Shown here: one piece after another, positions 1 to 12,319 of the stretch | Position numbering within the stretch: the stretch's first letter is position 1 | Layout: each line of letters begins with the position of its first letter | Assembly: GCF_006345805.1 (NCBI RefSeq) | Contig: NC_043014.1 | Span: 15,810,001 to 15,874,000, forward strand | Origin: Octopus sinensis | Taxonomy: Eukaryota | Direction of reading: 5' to 3' | Length of the DNA stretch: 64,000 nucleotides | The notes under the pieces: generated by a model | Told to the model about the DNA's origin: nothing | Database searches by the model: none | Seen by the model: only the letters and a program-made list of their open reading frames with translations | Position numbers and translations under genes: made by a program

Positions 1-13
1 TGTAATATATATA

Positions 14-44
<31 letters not shown>

Positions 45-94
45 GTATATAATATATATGTGTATATATATATATATATATGTGTATATAATAT

Positions 95-125
<31 letters not shown>

Positions 126-175
126 TGTATAATATATGTATATATTATATATGATATATATATCTATATAAATAT

Positions 176-262
<87 letters not shown>

Positions 263-277
263 ATACATATATATATA
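1..277. repeat. (TA)n / (TA,TG) microsatellite
   Basis: Direct reading. Similar TA-rich tracts at ~3085-4740, 13705-13800, 28250-28330, 34060-34350, 34900-35070. Confidence 0.98.
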
Positions 278-278
278 C

Positions 279-428
279 GACAGGCTTCTTTCAGTTTCCG
301 TCTACCAAATCCACTCACAAGGCATTGGTCGGGCCGGGGTTATAGCAGAAGACACTTGCCCAAGATGCCACGCAGTGGGACTGAACCCGGAACCATGTGG
401 TTGGTTAGCAGCTACTTACCACACACCC
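279..428 (-). mobile_element. tRNA-derived SINE, family A, 5' portion
   Basis: Minus strand gives a Pol III A-box-like TGTGGTAAG and B-box-like GGTTCAGTCCC. The body is repeated many times in the window (e.g. 29620-29775, 32860-33030, 42160-42310, 58560-58720). Confidence 0.85.
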
Positions 429-429
429 A

Positions 430-486
<57 letters not shown>

Positions 487-489
487 TCT

Positions 490-1850
490 CATTGCTATTT
501 AAAGGAGAACTGGAAGAGGTATTTGGACGATGCTTTTACTCTGGAAAGACAGCATGGACTAACTCCTCGATTTCAAAATATTGCTTAACAATATCAATAG
601 CAAAATACAATTCACCATGGAGCACAGCAGTAAACAACTCCCTTTTCTTGACATCTTAATCAAAATAGTCAATAACCACATCGAAACAGACTTCTTTTAT
701 AAACCCACAGATTCTAAACAATACCTATTATTCAACTCATGCCACCCCAAACACAAAAATTAATATACCTTATAATCTAGCGAAAAGAATCTGTACCGTA
801 GTTTCGGACACCTATATTCGTGAACGAAGACTCCTTGAACTCAGATCAATACTAATCAAAAGACATTACCTAATATCATTAATTAATGATGGCATCAAAC
901 GAGCTATGGAAATAGATATACGAACATTAAGGGAAGTCAACCGAAATACTAAACCAGACTTAAAAATAGTCTCATCCATCCCCACACATAACCCTAGAAA
1001 CAACGAAACCTTTAATATTATCATCCAAAATCTTCTCATCCTCACAGGAGATAAAACAATGAACAAAATTTTAGGCTCACACAAAATTATCAAGAGCAAA
1101 ATGCAACCCAAATCATTGAAAAAAATATTAACCAGCGCAAGACTATATCCATTAACAACAGATCCAAAAGTGAAAAAATGTGGTCGACCTAACTGTGATA
1201 CATACCCTCACCTTTTGGAGGGTTCAGAATTCCACTTTAAACAAGGTGAAATATTTAAGATCAAATTAAATTTCACCTATGCCTCGGAAAATCTAATCTA
1301 TGCCATTACATGCTTAGGGTGTGGTCATAATCATATTGGCCAAACAGGAATATCACTCCGTCGAAGAATCACTCTCCGGAAAGAACAAATCCGCCACCCA
1401 CAGATACAGGTTAGTAAACACACAGAAACGTGTGCTAGGAATTTTAATCCTAATTTCTTAGTTTTCCCCTTCTATCAATGTTCAGAGAACACCTCAGTAC
1501 AACAAAGAATTAATAAAGAGGCAACTTCCATCAATAAATGTCTTCCACAACTCAATATGAACACATAACATAATACAAAATACTACTAACCCTTCTATTA
1601 ATACCACTAACCCTCATACATCCCATACACAATTCACATCACAGATCTATATCTACCCTAATTGCACCAAATCCAGAACTACTTACCTCCCTTATACATA
1701 ATCGTTTTACTCAGGGGCTAGTAGGCCTGACACCGTTCATTAATCAATGTGCCTTCAAAGCAATGATTAGTAAATTCACGAAACCGGTATGCTTTTGAAT
1801 CTCTATAACAATTCACAATGATGACTTTTATTCCTACCTCAGTCTGTCTA
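490..1850 (+). mobile_element. Penelope-like element (Penelope/Poseidon type), 5'-truncated and degenerate: RT C-terminal half, linker, GIY-YIG endonuclease and pLTR
   Basis: WKRYLDD RT motif at ~510-530. LNNINSKIQFTME..LPFLDILI..FYKPTDSKQYLLFNSCHPKH (581-763) is the PLE thumb. ORF 906-1568 has the CGRPNC..H linker and NLIYAITCLGCGHNHIGQTG..R..EQIR..VSKH (GIY-YIG). Stop and frameshifts are present. Confidence 0.92.
1754..1799 (+). ncRNA. Minimal type-I hammerhead ribozyme motif in the PLE pLTR (A3-U8 core variant)
   Basis: Stem I AAAGCA(1757-62)/TGCTTT(1790-95), extendable with one bulge. Core ATGATTA(1763-69). Short stem II GT/AC. GAAA at 1780-83. Palindromic stem III ACCGGT, then A1789. 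Confidence 0.7.
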
Positions 1851-1987
1851 ATTGTATATATCTATCGTTACTTTTCAGAAAAAGCCTTTCCTTTTTTTGA
1901 TTTCGAACGTGCATTTTCGCTTATTTTTCTTCCTACATTCCCTTTACATTTCCACGTGTAGTTTCTACTTTCTTTTTGTAGCATATT

Positions 1988-2045
<58 letters not shown>

Positions 2046-2046
<1 letters not shown>

Positions 2047-2330
2047 GTGAAGGCGCATGGATCAGTGGTGAGAGCGTCGAGCTTACGATCGTGAGGTTGT
2101 AGTTCGATTTCCGGACCAGGCTGCGTGTTGTGTTCTTGAGGAAGACACTTTATTTCACGTTGTTCCAGTTAACTCAGTTGTAGAAATGAGTTGCGACATC
2201 ACTGGTGCCAAGCTTTATCGGCTTTTGCCTTTCCCTTGGATAACATCAGTGGTGTGGAGAGGGGAGGCTGGTATGCATGGGCGACTGCTGGCTTTCCACA
2301 AACAACCTTCCCCGGACTTGTAGGGGGTCT
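2046..2330 (+). mobile_element. tRNA-derived SINE, family B
   Basis: Head GGCGCATGGATCAGTGGTGAGAGCGT..AGTTCGATTTCC followed by a non-tRNA body. Related heads or bodies at 9090-9320 and ~16980-17200. Confidence 0.8.
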
Positions 2331-2424
2331 CTTCATATATATAGATAGAGAGTCAATTCAAATAAACAATGATAAGAAGAGGATATGCACAAGGAATGTA
2401 TTTGCTTGAATTCAGTGAAAAGAA

Positions 2425-2457
2425 TTTGACGTTTCGAGCATAGCTCTTCGTCGGAAA
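2425..2457 (-). ncRNA. Minimal type-I hammerhead ribozyme motif (C4 variant, GUC site) in a short PLE-like terminal fragment
   Basis: Minus strand reads TTT CCGACGA A GAGC TAT GCTC GAAA CG TC AAA: 4-bp stem II, ACGT stem III, 3-bp stem I. Confidence 0.65.
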
Positions 2458-2559
2458 GAAGGAAAAGAAATCGCTAATATGTTGTGTGTTTGTGTGTGTG
2501 TGTGTGCCAACATTGATTTCTAGCAATGCCATGACTTGATTGTTCTCTGAAATATAACC

Positions 2560-2960
2560 ATAAAAGGTACGGCTCTTCAGACCTTCTTGGGACCAACACA
2601 CCTCAGCACAGATGTGACAACGATGGGCGCCACTTGCAGCAGGTTTACAGAGTCCTTGACACATGCATTCATTCCAGTGTGTTTTCCTTTTGCTTTTCTT
2701 GGCTACGATGCAGCAAAACAGAAATGTTTAAAATCAAGCGATGCTTATTCCTGAAGCTTTTTAAAGTGAGGAAAGACCTATACACAGGGTCAGTCCCATT
2801 CTACAAACAACGAATGCATTTGCCCAAAAAGAAGAATAAGCCCACAAGTCTTTTACATGAAATCGAGAGTCAAAACAAACTGTGAGAGTCTTTCATCTAC
2901 AGATGATGAATGGCTGTTGACTCTTGTTAGTACATCCGTCCTTTCACAGGTTTACTATTT
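2560..2960 (-). mobile_element. Decayed RTE-clade LINE C-terminal fragment
   Basis: Minus-strand CHICAEVCWSQEGLKS resembles the terminal C2H2-like finger of RTE/BovB-type ORF2 (C..C.R.C.S..GL.SH). Confidence 0.5.
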
Positions 2961-3455
2961 TCGTTCTGCAGAGTGTTTGATGAACGTTATCCCCCACCCT
3001 TCTCCACTATTTTTACTGTAGGCTTGGTAGGGTCAATGACTAATTGCCAACAATCACGTCTCAGATGGTACATGCTACATGCATATATGTGTGTGTGTGT
3101 GAGTGTGTTTATAACATACAAATATATATATTATATATATGTATATTTATATATATATTTATGTATATACAATATATATATATAATATATATATATTATA
3201 TATAGTTATGTATATACATATATATAATATATATATATATTATATTTTAGTATATATATATACATAAATGTTTATATACATACATTATATGTTTATATAC
3301 ATACAATATATATTATATTATATATAGATGTATATCTAATATATATACAAACATTATATATATATAATATATATATAATATATATAATATATATATATAT
3401 ATGCATATCTTATATATATACAACATTATATATATATATATATGCATACATGCCT

Positions 3456-3503
<48 letters not shown>

Positions 3504-3981
3504 TACATGCCTTGTGTGTGTGTATATTATATTATATATATATATATATATGCGTACATAATATATATACATTTGTGTGTGTATATGTGTGTGCATATAT
3601 ATACACACACATACATGCATAATGCATGTGTATGTACATGATATATATAGTATATATACATAATATAATTAATTAATAAGGGTGAGAGAATTAGATACTA
3701 ATTTAATAGTATATCTATTCAACACCAAGTGGCCCATAATATATATACATATATATATATATGTATATATATATATTATGTACGTATATATAAATATATA
3801 CATACACATACATACGTATATATTTACCTATATATATACCTATTCAGTGTACCTATATATATATATATATAAACACACACATACATACATAATATATACA
3901 TTTACAAGCATACATACGTACATAATGTACATATATATGTAGACACATAAACACGTACACACATAAGTATGTATATACATA

Positions 3982-4014
<33 letters not shown>

Positions 4015-4689
4015 ACGTATATATATATTGATATTATACATAACAAATTAATATATATACATACATAAATATATATACGTACGTTATATATATATATTAT
4101 ATAATATATATATATATATAACATAAGTTATGTGTGTGATATATATATATATACGCACATTATATATATAGATACATATTAATATATATATATGTATATA
4201 CACGTACATTATAGATATATGTATTATAGTGTGTGTATATATATATACATATATATATATTATATACGTACATTATATATACATATATATATAATATATA
4301 TATATATATATACACATATATATATATATATATACACACACACTATGTGTGGGTGTAAGGCATTGGGTCAACAGGTTTTGGGATCTGAGATAGGCCATAA
4401 AGCTAAACCTTTATGGACGGGAAACCTAAGGTACTCCCATAAACCGGCCTTCCCCATTTATATATATATAATATAGAAAGATAGATAAATACATACATAC
4501 ATATATTATATATGTGTATGAATGTGTGTGTATATATATATACACACATTTGTGTGTGTACATAGTGCTTTTGACAATAATTATAACAATCACACATCCA
4601 GGGCAACCATCCACATATGTGTATATATATACGCATATATATAGGTATATATATATACATAATGTATATATATTCTTACATATTATATA

Positions 4690-4739
<50 letters not shown>

Positions 4740-6077
4740 GCCACTAAGAGTACTCCTACGTGGTCAGTCACTTGCTAAACATATTTCCCACATCTCACTC
4801 AAATCACATCCATCGTCTTATATGAGAAAAACCTCAGATACATATACTCGAGAAATGCGACAATCGTCGTTTATGGTCCAGAATACCATAATCGGGGCCA
4901 GTTTAAGTTAAACTGAAATCTTAAATTCGGCCCCAAAATTGAATACCTTCAGTTTTTGTAAGACTGACAAGATATAACAACTGCTGAACTTAAAATACTA
5001 AATGTTTGATTCTCTTTCAGACCAGACCCAAGCCAGACAATTAAACCATATTCTTTTCTACTCTAAGCACAAGGCCCGAAATTTTGGGGGAGGAGACCAA
5101 TCGATATGATCGACCTCAGTACGCAACTGGTACTTAATTTATCGACCCCGGCGGAATTTGAACTCTGAATGACAACTAAACCATATTAAATACGTTCACA
5201 AAATGATCTTATTTTACATTAATCAGCAACTAGGAACATAACGTATTTATTTTATAATTAGGGTAACCAGGGTACGTACGAATTTTGAACTCCTTTTAAT
5301 TTCTTTTCTGAAAAACTGTTAAAAGTTCCCATTTTCCCTGTGGTACTCCTTTCGTTGGATCCCTAAGCTAGTGTTCAAATGAGTTTAGTGGTTAGTCCAT
5401 CCCTGTTTATTATGCGGTCTGATTATGTCTGGTGAATCACGGCTGATCTTGTCTAAACAATATTTAAAACAACAACAACGAGGTAGTCTATACGCGCTCA
5501 CTCCGTCTGCTAGAAATAGCAGTTATATTTCTTTCATATCACACCCTGCCATTTTAGAAAAGAATGGTATATAGTCGATGATGCAGTTCTGTGTACACAA
5601 TGCTAAGGATAAATACGTGATGGTCACGACTGGAATGCTTTTGAATATGGGTCTTGACAAATCACTAGTGAGTTAACCAGCAACATTCACCATCGCAACA
5701 GTCCCAACAACAAAAAAAGAGAGCTGTCATTCGTTCACTCGGTTTGCAAGAAATAACAGCCAAATCGCCCTCGAAATTACACCCAAGATAATACGACAGT
5801 GTTGTTCAGAAAAATGTGTGGTGATGACTAGAATGTTTTGTTTTGTTTTTTTTTTCTTTAGATTATTGGACTAGACATCGACCCCAGGGGCTGATCAATA
5901 ACAACGACCCAAGAATTATAACATAATTTGGCATAATAAACATAACAAAGCTTACTTACCCTAATTTTTTATCCTTAGTTTTTCCATTTTCAAATGTGTT
6001 CGGTCTCCTCGATAACAAAATGCTGTTTTTTTTTATTTTCTTTCTCTTTTTATTTTGCTTTTGGTTTCAACATATCA

Positions 6078-6114
<37 letters not shown>

Positions 6115-7632
6115 CTCTCACTCTCTAATCTAACGCTTCTCTTTTGTTTTGATTCTTGGGTATTTCCCCGTTCATCTGTTTCCTTTCCGTATTTATTTTT
6201 CTAAGTTATTTTAGTTTCATATTCCTTTCCTCATATTAAGTTCGCTCGGTGTTCATTCATTCATTTAGTTCGTTCAGCGTTCTTTAATTAACTTCGTTCA
6301 GTGTTCTTTCATTCATTCATTCGCTGAATCTGTTCAATGTTCTTTCATTCACATTTTCTTCAGATATTTTGAACGTCAGACACACATCATTTCCTTGTTT
6401 CCTCTTATAAATCTGATGTTTTGTCCTTGTAAACCACATTAGAAGAAGCTATTATCATTACTATTGCTACTGTTTTAAAATTTCCTATTACAAAAGAAGA
6501 TATTCACTGCTGTTGGTGTTAATAACGTGTTGTGTTAATTTTCTGTGCGTTTGTGACTTGAGTGTCTTTTTTAGTTGCTTTCTTCCCGCTATTTCTTGTT
6601 ACTAACAACACCTCCACGTTTTCTTAAGTTTTTCTTTTTTCTTTCTCTTTTTCTTTTTCTTCTTCGTTATCATTTGTTAACAAGGTACTTTTTCCTGTTT
6701 CCATATTTTTGTTTTTGCCATTCCACAACAAAACATGAAGAGAAGAGCAAGTAAGAAGACAAGAGATGAAGGCGATCGGCAGAATTGTGTTCCTACGTTG
6801 TACTTACTTTTAAAAACTGACGCAAATGTCAGAACGAGACGTTTTCCTATTGAGAATGGATGTGCTACATAAAACCATGTTGTTTGTTGGTAGGAAACAG
6901 TCCTTATCGTTTGAGTTCTTCTCACCTTCTTTGGCTGTCTACATGTGTTGGTGTTGTCGTCGTGTACGTGTACGGATGATTGTATCTAAGAATATACGTA
7001 TACAAGAAAGTGAGTGGGTGAGGCGGAGAGAGAGAGAGAGAGAGAGAGAGAAGGAGGAAGAATTCGCAGTTGTGTGCGTACGTTTACGTTCATATATGTG
7101 TGAGTACGAGCGTGTATGTGTGAATGTGTGTGTGTGAATTGGAGTGAATGAGTAGATGAGAGAGATATACGGAGAAAGAGAGAGAGGAGTAAACGATGCT
7201 TTTAATTGTGTATGCGAGTACGGAGATGTGTATGTGTGTGTGTATATACAGAGAGAGAGAAAGGGTAATTGAGAGAGTGCAGGTGCGTATGTGTGCGTGA
7301 GCAAGCAGAATGGGTAATATAAAGGGGGGGGGGAGAGATTTTTATACGAGAAAGAGAGGGGGTTGCAGGAAGTGGGAGATAAAAGATTTTGTAGTAAGAG
7401 TATGCGTTTAGATGTTGTGACTGCATGTGCATGTATGTGCACATGTACATATTGGAGGTAATGCATGCGAGATGTATAACGTGTGATTTTTAGTTTGCAG
7501 TGCAGGTGTTGGTATGCAGCGTGCTAGTTATGCGTGCACATATTGTTGCGTGCGTGTGTGTACTTGCGGGGAGTTGAACGTGTAAGCTAGTCTATGCACA
7601 AGTTTAGGATCAGTGCGCACACATACACACTG

Positions 7633-7664
<32 letters not shown>

Positions 7665-7704
7665 GCTTACGTATGTACGTGTATGTGTATGTTTAGGTTG
7701 ATCT

Positions 7705-7970
7705 TTTCTTTTTGTTCCTTCACGAGCCATGCCTGGCTCATAAGGACCGGTTTCCCGGTCCGTCGCAGGTGAGCTGCAGATGCAGGAGGAAAGAATAAGA
7801 GAAAGTTGTGACGAAAGAGTCAGCAGAAACCTGCCATTTACCTTCTGCCGGAACTGCGTGGAGCATAGGTATTTCGCTCATAAACACACACATCGCTCGG
7901 CCTGAGATTCGAACCCGCGATCCCTCGACCGCGAATCCGCTGCTCTAACCACTAGGCCATGTGCCTCCAC
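7705..7970 (-). mobile_element. Young tRNA-derived SINE with RTE-type 3' stem-loop and 13-bp TSD
   Basis: Head GGAGGCACATGGCCTAGTGGTTAGAG..GGGTTCGAATCTC. Tail hairpin GAGCCA-GGCA-TGGCTC. Flanking direct repeat TTTAGGTTGATCT at 7692-7704 and 7979-7991. Confidence 0.88.
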
Positions 7971-7999
7971 AATCAACCTTTAGGTTGATCTAATAACTT

Positions 8000-10770
8000 G
8001 TTATTCTCATGTGTGACTCCAAGAAGCTGTCGCATACTCAGGCGTCACATCCCGACCAGCGGCTTTGATCAGAGGACTAAACCAAATGAGAAGAGCTGCC
8101 AAATCTGAAACTCTTGGTAAGACAGGACGTATCTATTCTACCTTATGAATACTGACTTCGGCAGAATGTGTGAATGAGATCAATAGTACATTTAAAACAG
8201 CTACCTCGGCAAGCATTGCGGAATGTTAAGAGTACGACGACACACAATACAAGTTTTGGTCATCCACCGCATCGAGACATACCCCCAGCCGTCTTACCTC
8301 TGGATCAAGGTAGACTCGAAGATGAACTTAAAAGCTTAAACTGCTCCTCGATATTGTCCGGTGTGAAAGAACGGGAGGCAGCACTAAGAAATTCTCACTA
8401 CTCGATGTCACTCAAACACCTTTGTCCTAGGTTCACAAGCATCAGGACTGGTTCGATGAGAGTAATACCTAATTAAAGGTCTTACTAGACATTAAGGGCC
8501 ATGTTATCTGAACTCCACATGATGAAATATCGTCTCAAGCCAAAAATGATGCTTTCATTACGGTTCAGATCAGGCTTTGGCAGCAAAAAGCAAAAGGAGT
8601 TCAGTTCTGTTCAGAAAGTAACAACTAGAAATGCTTCAATAACAACTTGAGAAATCTGTCTACGAGTCACAGACTCTGGTTCACTTCTATTACTGGGCGC
8701 TGAAGGATCAGCACTGTGACAAATATGGAGATAGTCTTTGAAATATGGGTGGAGCATTGCTACTGTGTACTGAAGCATCCCTTCGCTGTCAATGAGGCAG
8801 GTACAGCAGCTTACTATAAGCAGTGACCCTACTAAAAGGGTAGTTAAAAGTCATAGATATTATAACTAGTTCCAAGGGCTGGTGGCTCTGATACCATTCC
8901 AGTCAAGACATACAAGATTGAAGATACGACATGCCTCAAGGCCCTCTGAGTCCTTCTAAATCGAACGTCAAGGAAATGTATTACCCCAGAATTTTGTAGA
9001 ACCTCTACAATTGTCGATGCTATGACATCTGCCATGACGTAGCTCTGCTGTTAATCGATAGGAAGATTCTGCCATAAATAGTGTCGAATCAGTGAAGGCG
9101 CATGGCTTAGTGGTTACGCTATTCGGCTCACAACTGTAAGGTCGTGAGTTCCATTCTCAGCGGCGCGTTGGTCCAGTCCACTGAGTTGTCCCTGTAATTC
9201 AAAGGGCCAGCTTTGTCACATTCTGTGTATCACGCTGAATCTCCTTGAGAATTACGTTAAGGGTACGCGTGTCTGTGGAGTGCTCAGCACATTAATTTCA
9301 TGAGCAGGCAGTTCCGATGATCAAATCACAACAGGTACGTAGCACCTGCAATCGAAACCGACAGCCAATGTTGAACCAGTTATTTGTCCACTTTGAACAA
9401 GATTTTCTTTTTGAGAGTCAGTGTGGCATTAAAGAAGGGCACGATGTAGTTAACACGCTGCTTGCAGCTCACTAACTTCAGGAAATTTATCACAAGCAAC
9501 ATCTTTTATCGACCTTATGAAGGCATTTAACATTATCAGCTGTAAAGGACTCTAGATAATCATGACCAAGTGCGGACGTCCTGACAAATATTACCTTGGT
9601 CCAGTTCCATGAGAGAATGTTCACCAGCGTAACTGGTGCTGAAGAATCAGAGGCGGCATTCTAAGTTAAAAACAGCATCGGAAATGGTTATATACTTGCA
9701 CCCGTTCTTTTTAACGTGATGTTTTGCCCATACTGATGCATGTCTTTCATGACAGTGAGGTTGAACTCACCAAATACTAATGTAGTAGCGGCAAGCTCTT
9801 CAACCTGGGGTGATTTCGGGCAGAAATTAAGGTGAAAGAGGACACTTTGCGAGTTCTTGTTTGCGAATGGATGAGCTCTCATTGCATAATCAATATCTGA
9901 GATGTAGCAACACGTGGACAGGTCATCTTCTGCCTGCTGTGATTTCAGTCTTATCATCAGCACCAAGAAATCTAAAGTCGTAAACAAATTAGTCCCTCAC
10001 AACAGGTACGTAGCACCTGCAATCACTGTTGAGGTTTGGATTCTACAGACTTAACATACCCAGAAATGTTAGTTGTAGACTCGACAAATTAACAGCAGAA
10101 ACTGGTTCAATCTTTGGTAGATTTTGAAACAAAAGCTGAAAGAGGAAACGTCTCCGCTTTCAAATCCAAGTTGATATTCTGTAGAAAAGTTCTGCCAACT
10201 CTGCTTAATGCCAATGAGGCGTAGACTATTTACAATAGACACACCAAAAAGCTTAACAGAACTGGGTTTTTCTACACAAAATGTAACACATTTGTTGGCA
10301 GGACTGGATCCAAGAAACTGAGATCTTTAATCGCACGATGCTGTCTAGCGTCTACACTTTCCTATACAGACCCCAGCTACTTTGATCAATTCACAACGCC
10401 AGAACAGATTACGAACGTCTGTCGAAACGTCTTTTCTGCAAGAGTTGGTATAGGGGAAAACTGTTGACAGCCAAACGCGACAAAGATTTTGAAAGGCCTC
10501 CTTAAAATCCAGAGCCATATTAATAAGATTTACTGCTGTACTCTTATCAGTAAAGCTATCGTAGAAGCCTGACAAACGAAGATAAAAAAAGCCGAGCTGA
10601 AGAGGGAGCTACAAAAATATATAGCTGCCGGTGCATCAGCATGGAAATCCGATTACTTGTCTGCCCAACGTGCAACAGAACATTGAACTTGTCAGCCACT
10701 CTTGAACCCTGCGATCTGAGTTCTTCTAACCCTTGACTGATGTCATAATCACCATCCACATGGATGACCC
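8000..10770 (+). mobile_element. Old, heavily frameshifted RTE-BovB-like LINE (ORF2: pre-RT, RT, C-terminal Zn finger), interrupted by a SINE
   Basis: Recognisable motif remnants: HKHQDWFDE (~8435), ESQCG..LQE..FIDL.KAF (~9415-9530), ILAPVLFNVMF (~9690-9725), decayed FADD-region..STKKSKV (~9860-9980), CPTCNRT (~10660). Confidence 0.85.
9090..9320 (+). mobile_element. tRNA-derived SINE (family B-like), 3'-truncated, nested in the RTE
   Basis: Head GGCGCATGGCTTAGTGGTTACGC..GAGTTCCATTCTC, homologous to 2046-2110. Confidence 0.75.
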
Positions 10771-10965
10771 ATGGATGGACAGACGGCTGGCTGGCTAGAT
10801 GGATGTATGGAGGGATGGATGGATGAAGCTAATGATGACGATGGTTGTTCACTGATGTTCGAAAAAGACCATGACTAACAATAGGATAGCCAGTAATACC
10901 CATGCAAAATCCCAGGTCTAGTAAGACTTGCACATCTCGTAGACCTTCCTCGTTATATCAGAATG

Positions 10966-11190
10966 ATAAGGCGCCGAGCTTGCAGAAACGTTAGCACGCC
11001 GGGCGAAATGCGTAGCCGTATTTCGTCTGTCTTTATGTTATGAGCTCAAATTCCGCCGAGGTCGACTTTGCCTTTCGTCCTTTCGGGGTCGATAAATTAA
11101 GTACCAGTTACGCACTGGGGTCGATATAATCGACTTAATCCGTTTGTCTGTCCGCTCTGTGTTTAGCCCCTTGTGGGTAATAAAGAAACA
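10966..11190 (+). mobile_element. tRNA-derived SINE, family D, well-preserved copy
   Basis: Central GCCTTTCGTCCTTTCGGGGTCGATAAATTAAGTACCAG domain resembles the conserved core of MetaSINE-type elements (from memory, not searched). A near-identical minus copy lies at 16562-16789. Confidence 0.85.
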
Positions 11191-11224
11191 TATATCAGCA
11201 TGATACATCATCATTTCCTGCTAT

Positions 11225-11600
11225 TTCCGCCTGCGGCAGAATGCGCACCAACATGAGATAGTTGCCTCCACAGTATTCAATCTTTTGGCAAGAGCGTTCG
11301 GGGGGATTATGTCAAGACCAGTCCATGCTGTGATGTTTTTTCTCCATCTCTTAGGTTGCGGACTTCTGTTTCTCTTTCCCTTAATCATGCCTTCCAAACA
11401 GGCCTTGCTGAAGTCATAAACCATTGGCAGAGTGTGGCCAAGCAACTCAAGTACTTTGTTTTCCATGACAGCGGTGACTGCATGATACGAAAACAAACCG
11501 AAGCAAGATGTCTGGTGTCCAATAGAAGTTGCAGGCTCGGACGTGTACCGAAAATAACCAAAATTATCGAAATCATTACCTCCACAACGGGTTTTATATC
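11225..11600 (-). mobile_element. RTE-clade LINE C-terminal fragment
   Basis: ORF 11221-11496: LGH..CLEGMIKGKRNRSPQPKRWRKNITAWTGL, matching the RTE LEG.I.GKR.RGRP.KRW.DNI..WTG motif. Confidence 0.8.
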
Positions 11601-12319
11601 AAAGTAACCTAATAGATACATACTTTAAAGAAAGCTAAGGAATGCCTCACTCTAAGTGGTCTTAGAATGGATGGACACTATCCCAGAATTTCTAAGTCCA
11701 TGCACATGAATGAATACATAAATAGATACGTGCAAACATACATAAATACATACAAATAAACGTAAATATATACAGAAGTGTGTGTGTGCGCGCGTTGATA
11801 AATTATTTTCAATCCATGTGGTTGCCGAATGTTTCATATTGTCTACTTTTAAGCCAAACATCGTCAGACTTCTGGACATCAACTAAGTAATACGTCGTTG
11901 AACATAAAGAGAAGTTCTATTCACTTCCGTTTGGCGCATTTAAAGCATCCAGGCAAAAACTCAGTTTGCTAAGTTAAAAAATTATGTTCAAAAGGAGATA
12001 AATGAAAAATTAATTAAAGGAGTTATATCACTTACATGAATTGAATCTTTTAAAATGTAAAACGAAATAATTAAGGGAATTGTATAAGGAACCAAAACTT
12101 TACAGCTCGATAAAAAAAAAACTGGATAAGTATGTAGCTACTGTTTGATAATAAGTTAACGAAAAACAAAAAACATTACGGGCTTGGTAGTTTTGGATAC
12201 ATGTAGCACAATTAGACATATGCATACCTCTAAAGTTCTGCATACATGCACTCACCTCTCCACTAATATAAAAGCGAAATTTTTAATTCTTAATGGTTGC
12301 GGTAGTTACGTGAGATGAA

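Noticed and set aside
4345-4460. GC-richer island inside (TA)n containing CTGAGA and GAAACC
   Set aside because: Core spacing and stems do not fit a hammerhead; left unclassified.
2973-4660. Many ORFs of the IYIYI / CVCV / THTH type, here and throughout the window
   Set aside because: Translations of TA, TG and CA microsatellites, not genes.
7895-7970. tRNA-like head as a real tRNA gene (also 2046-2115, 9090-9160, 26099-26170)
   Set aside because: No proper acceptor stem, and each continues into a repeated SINE body.
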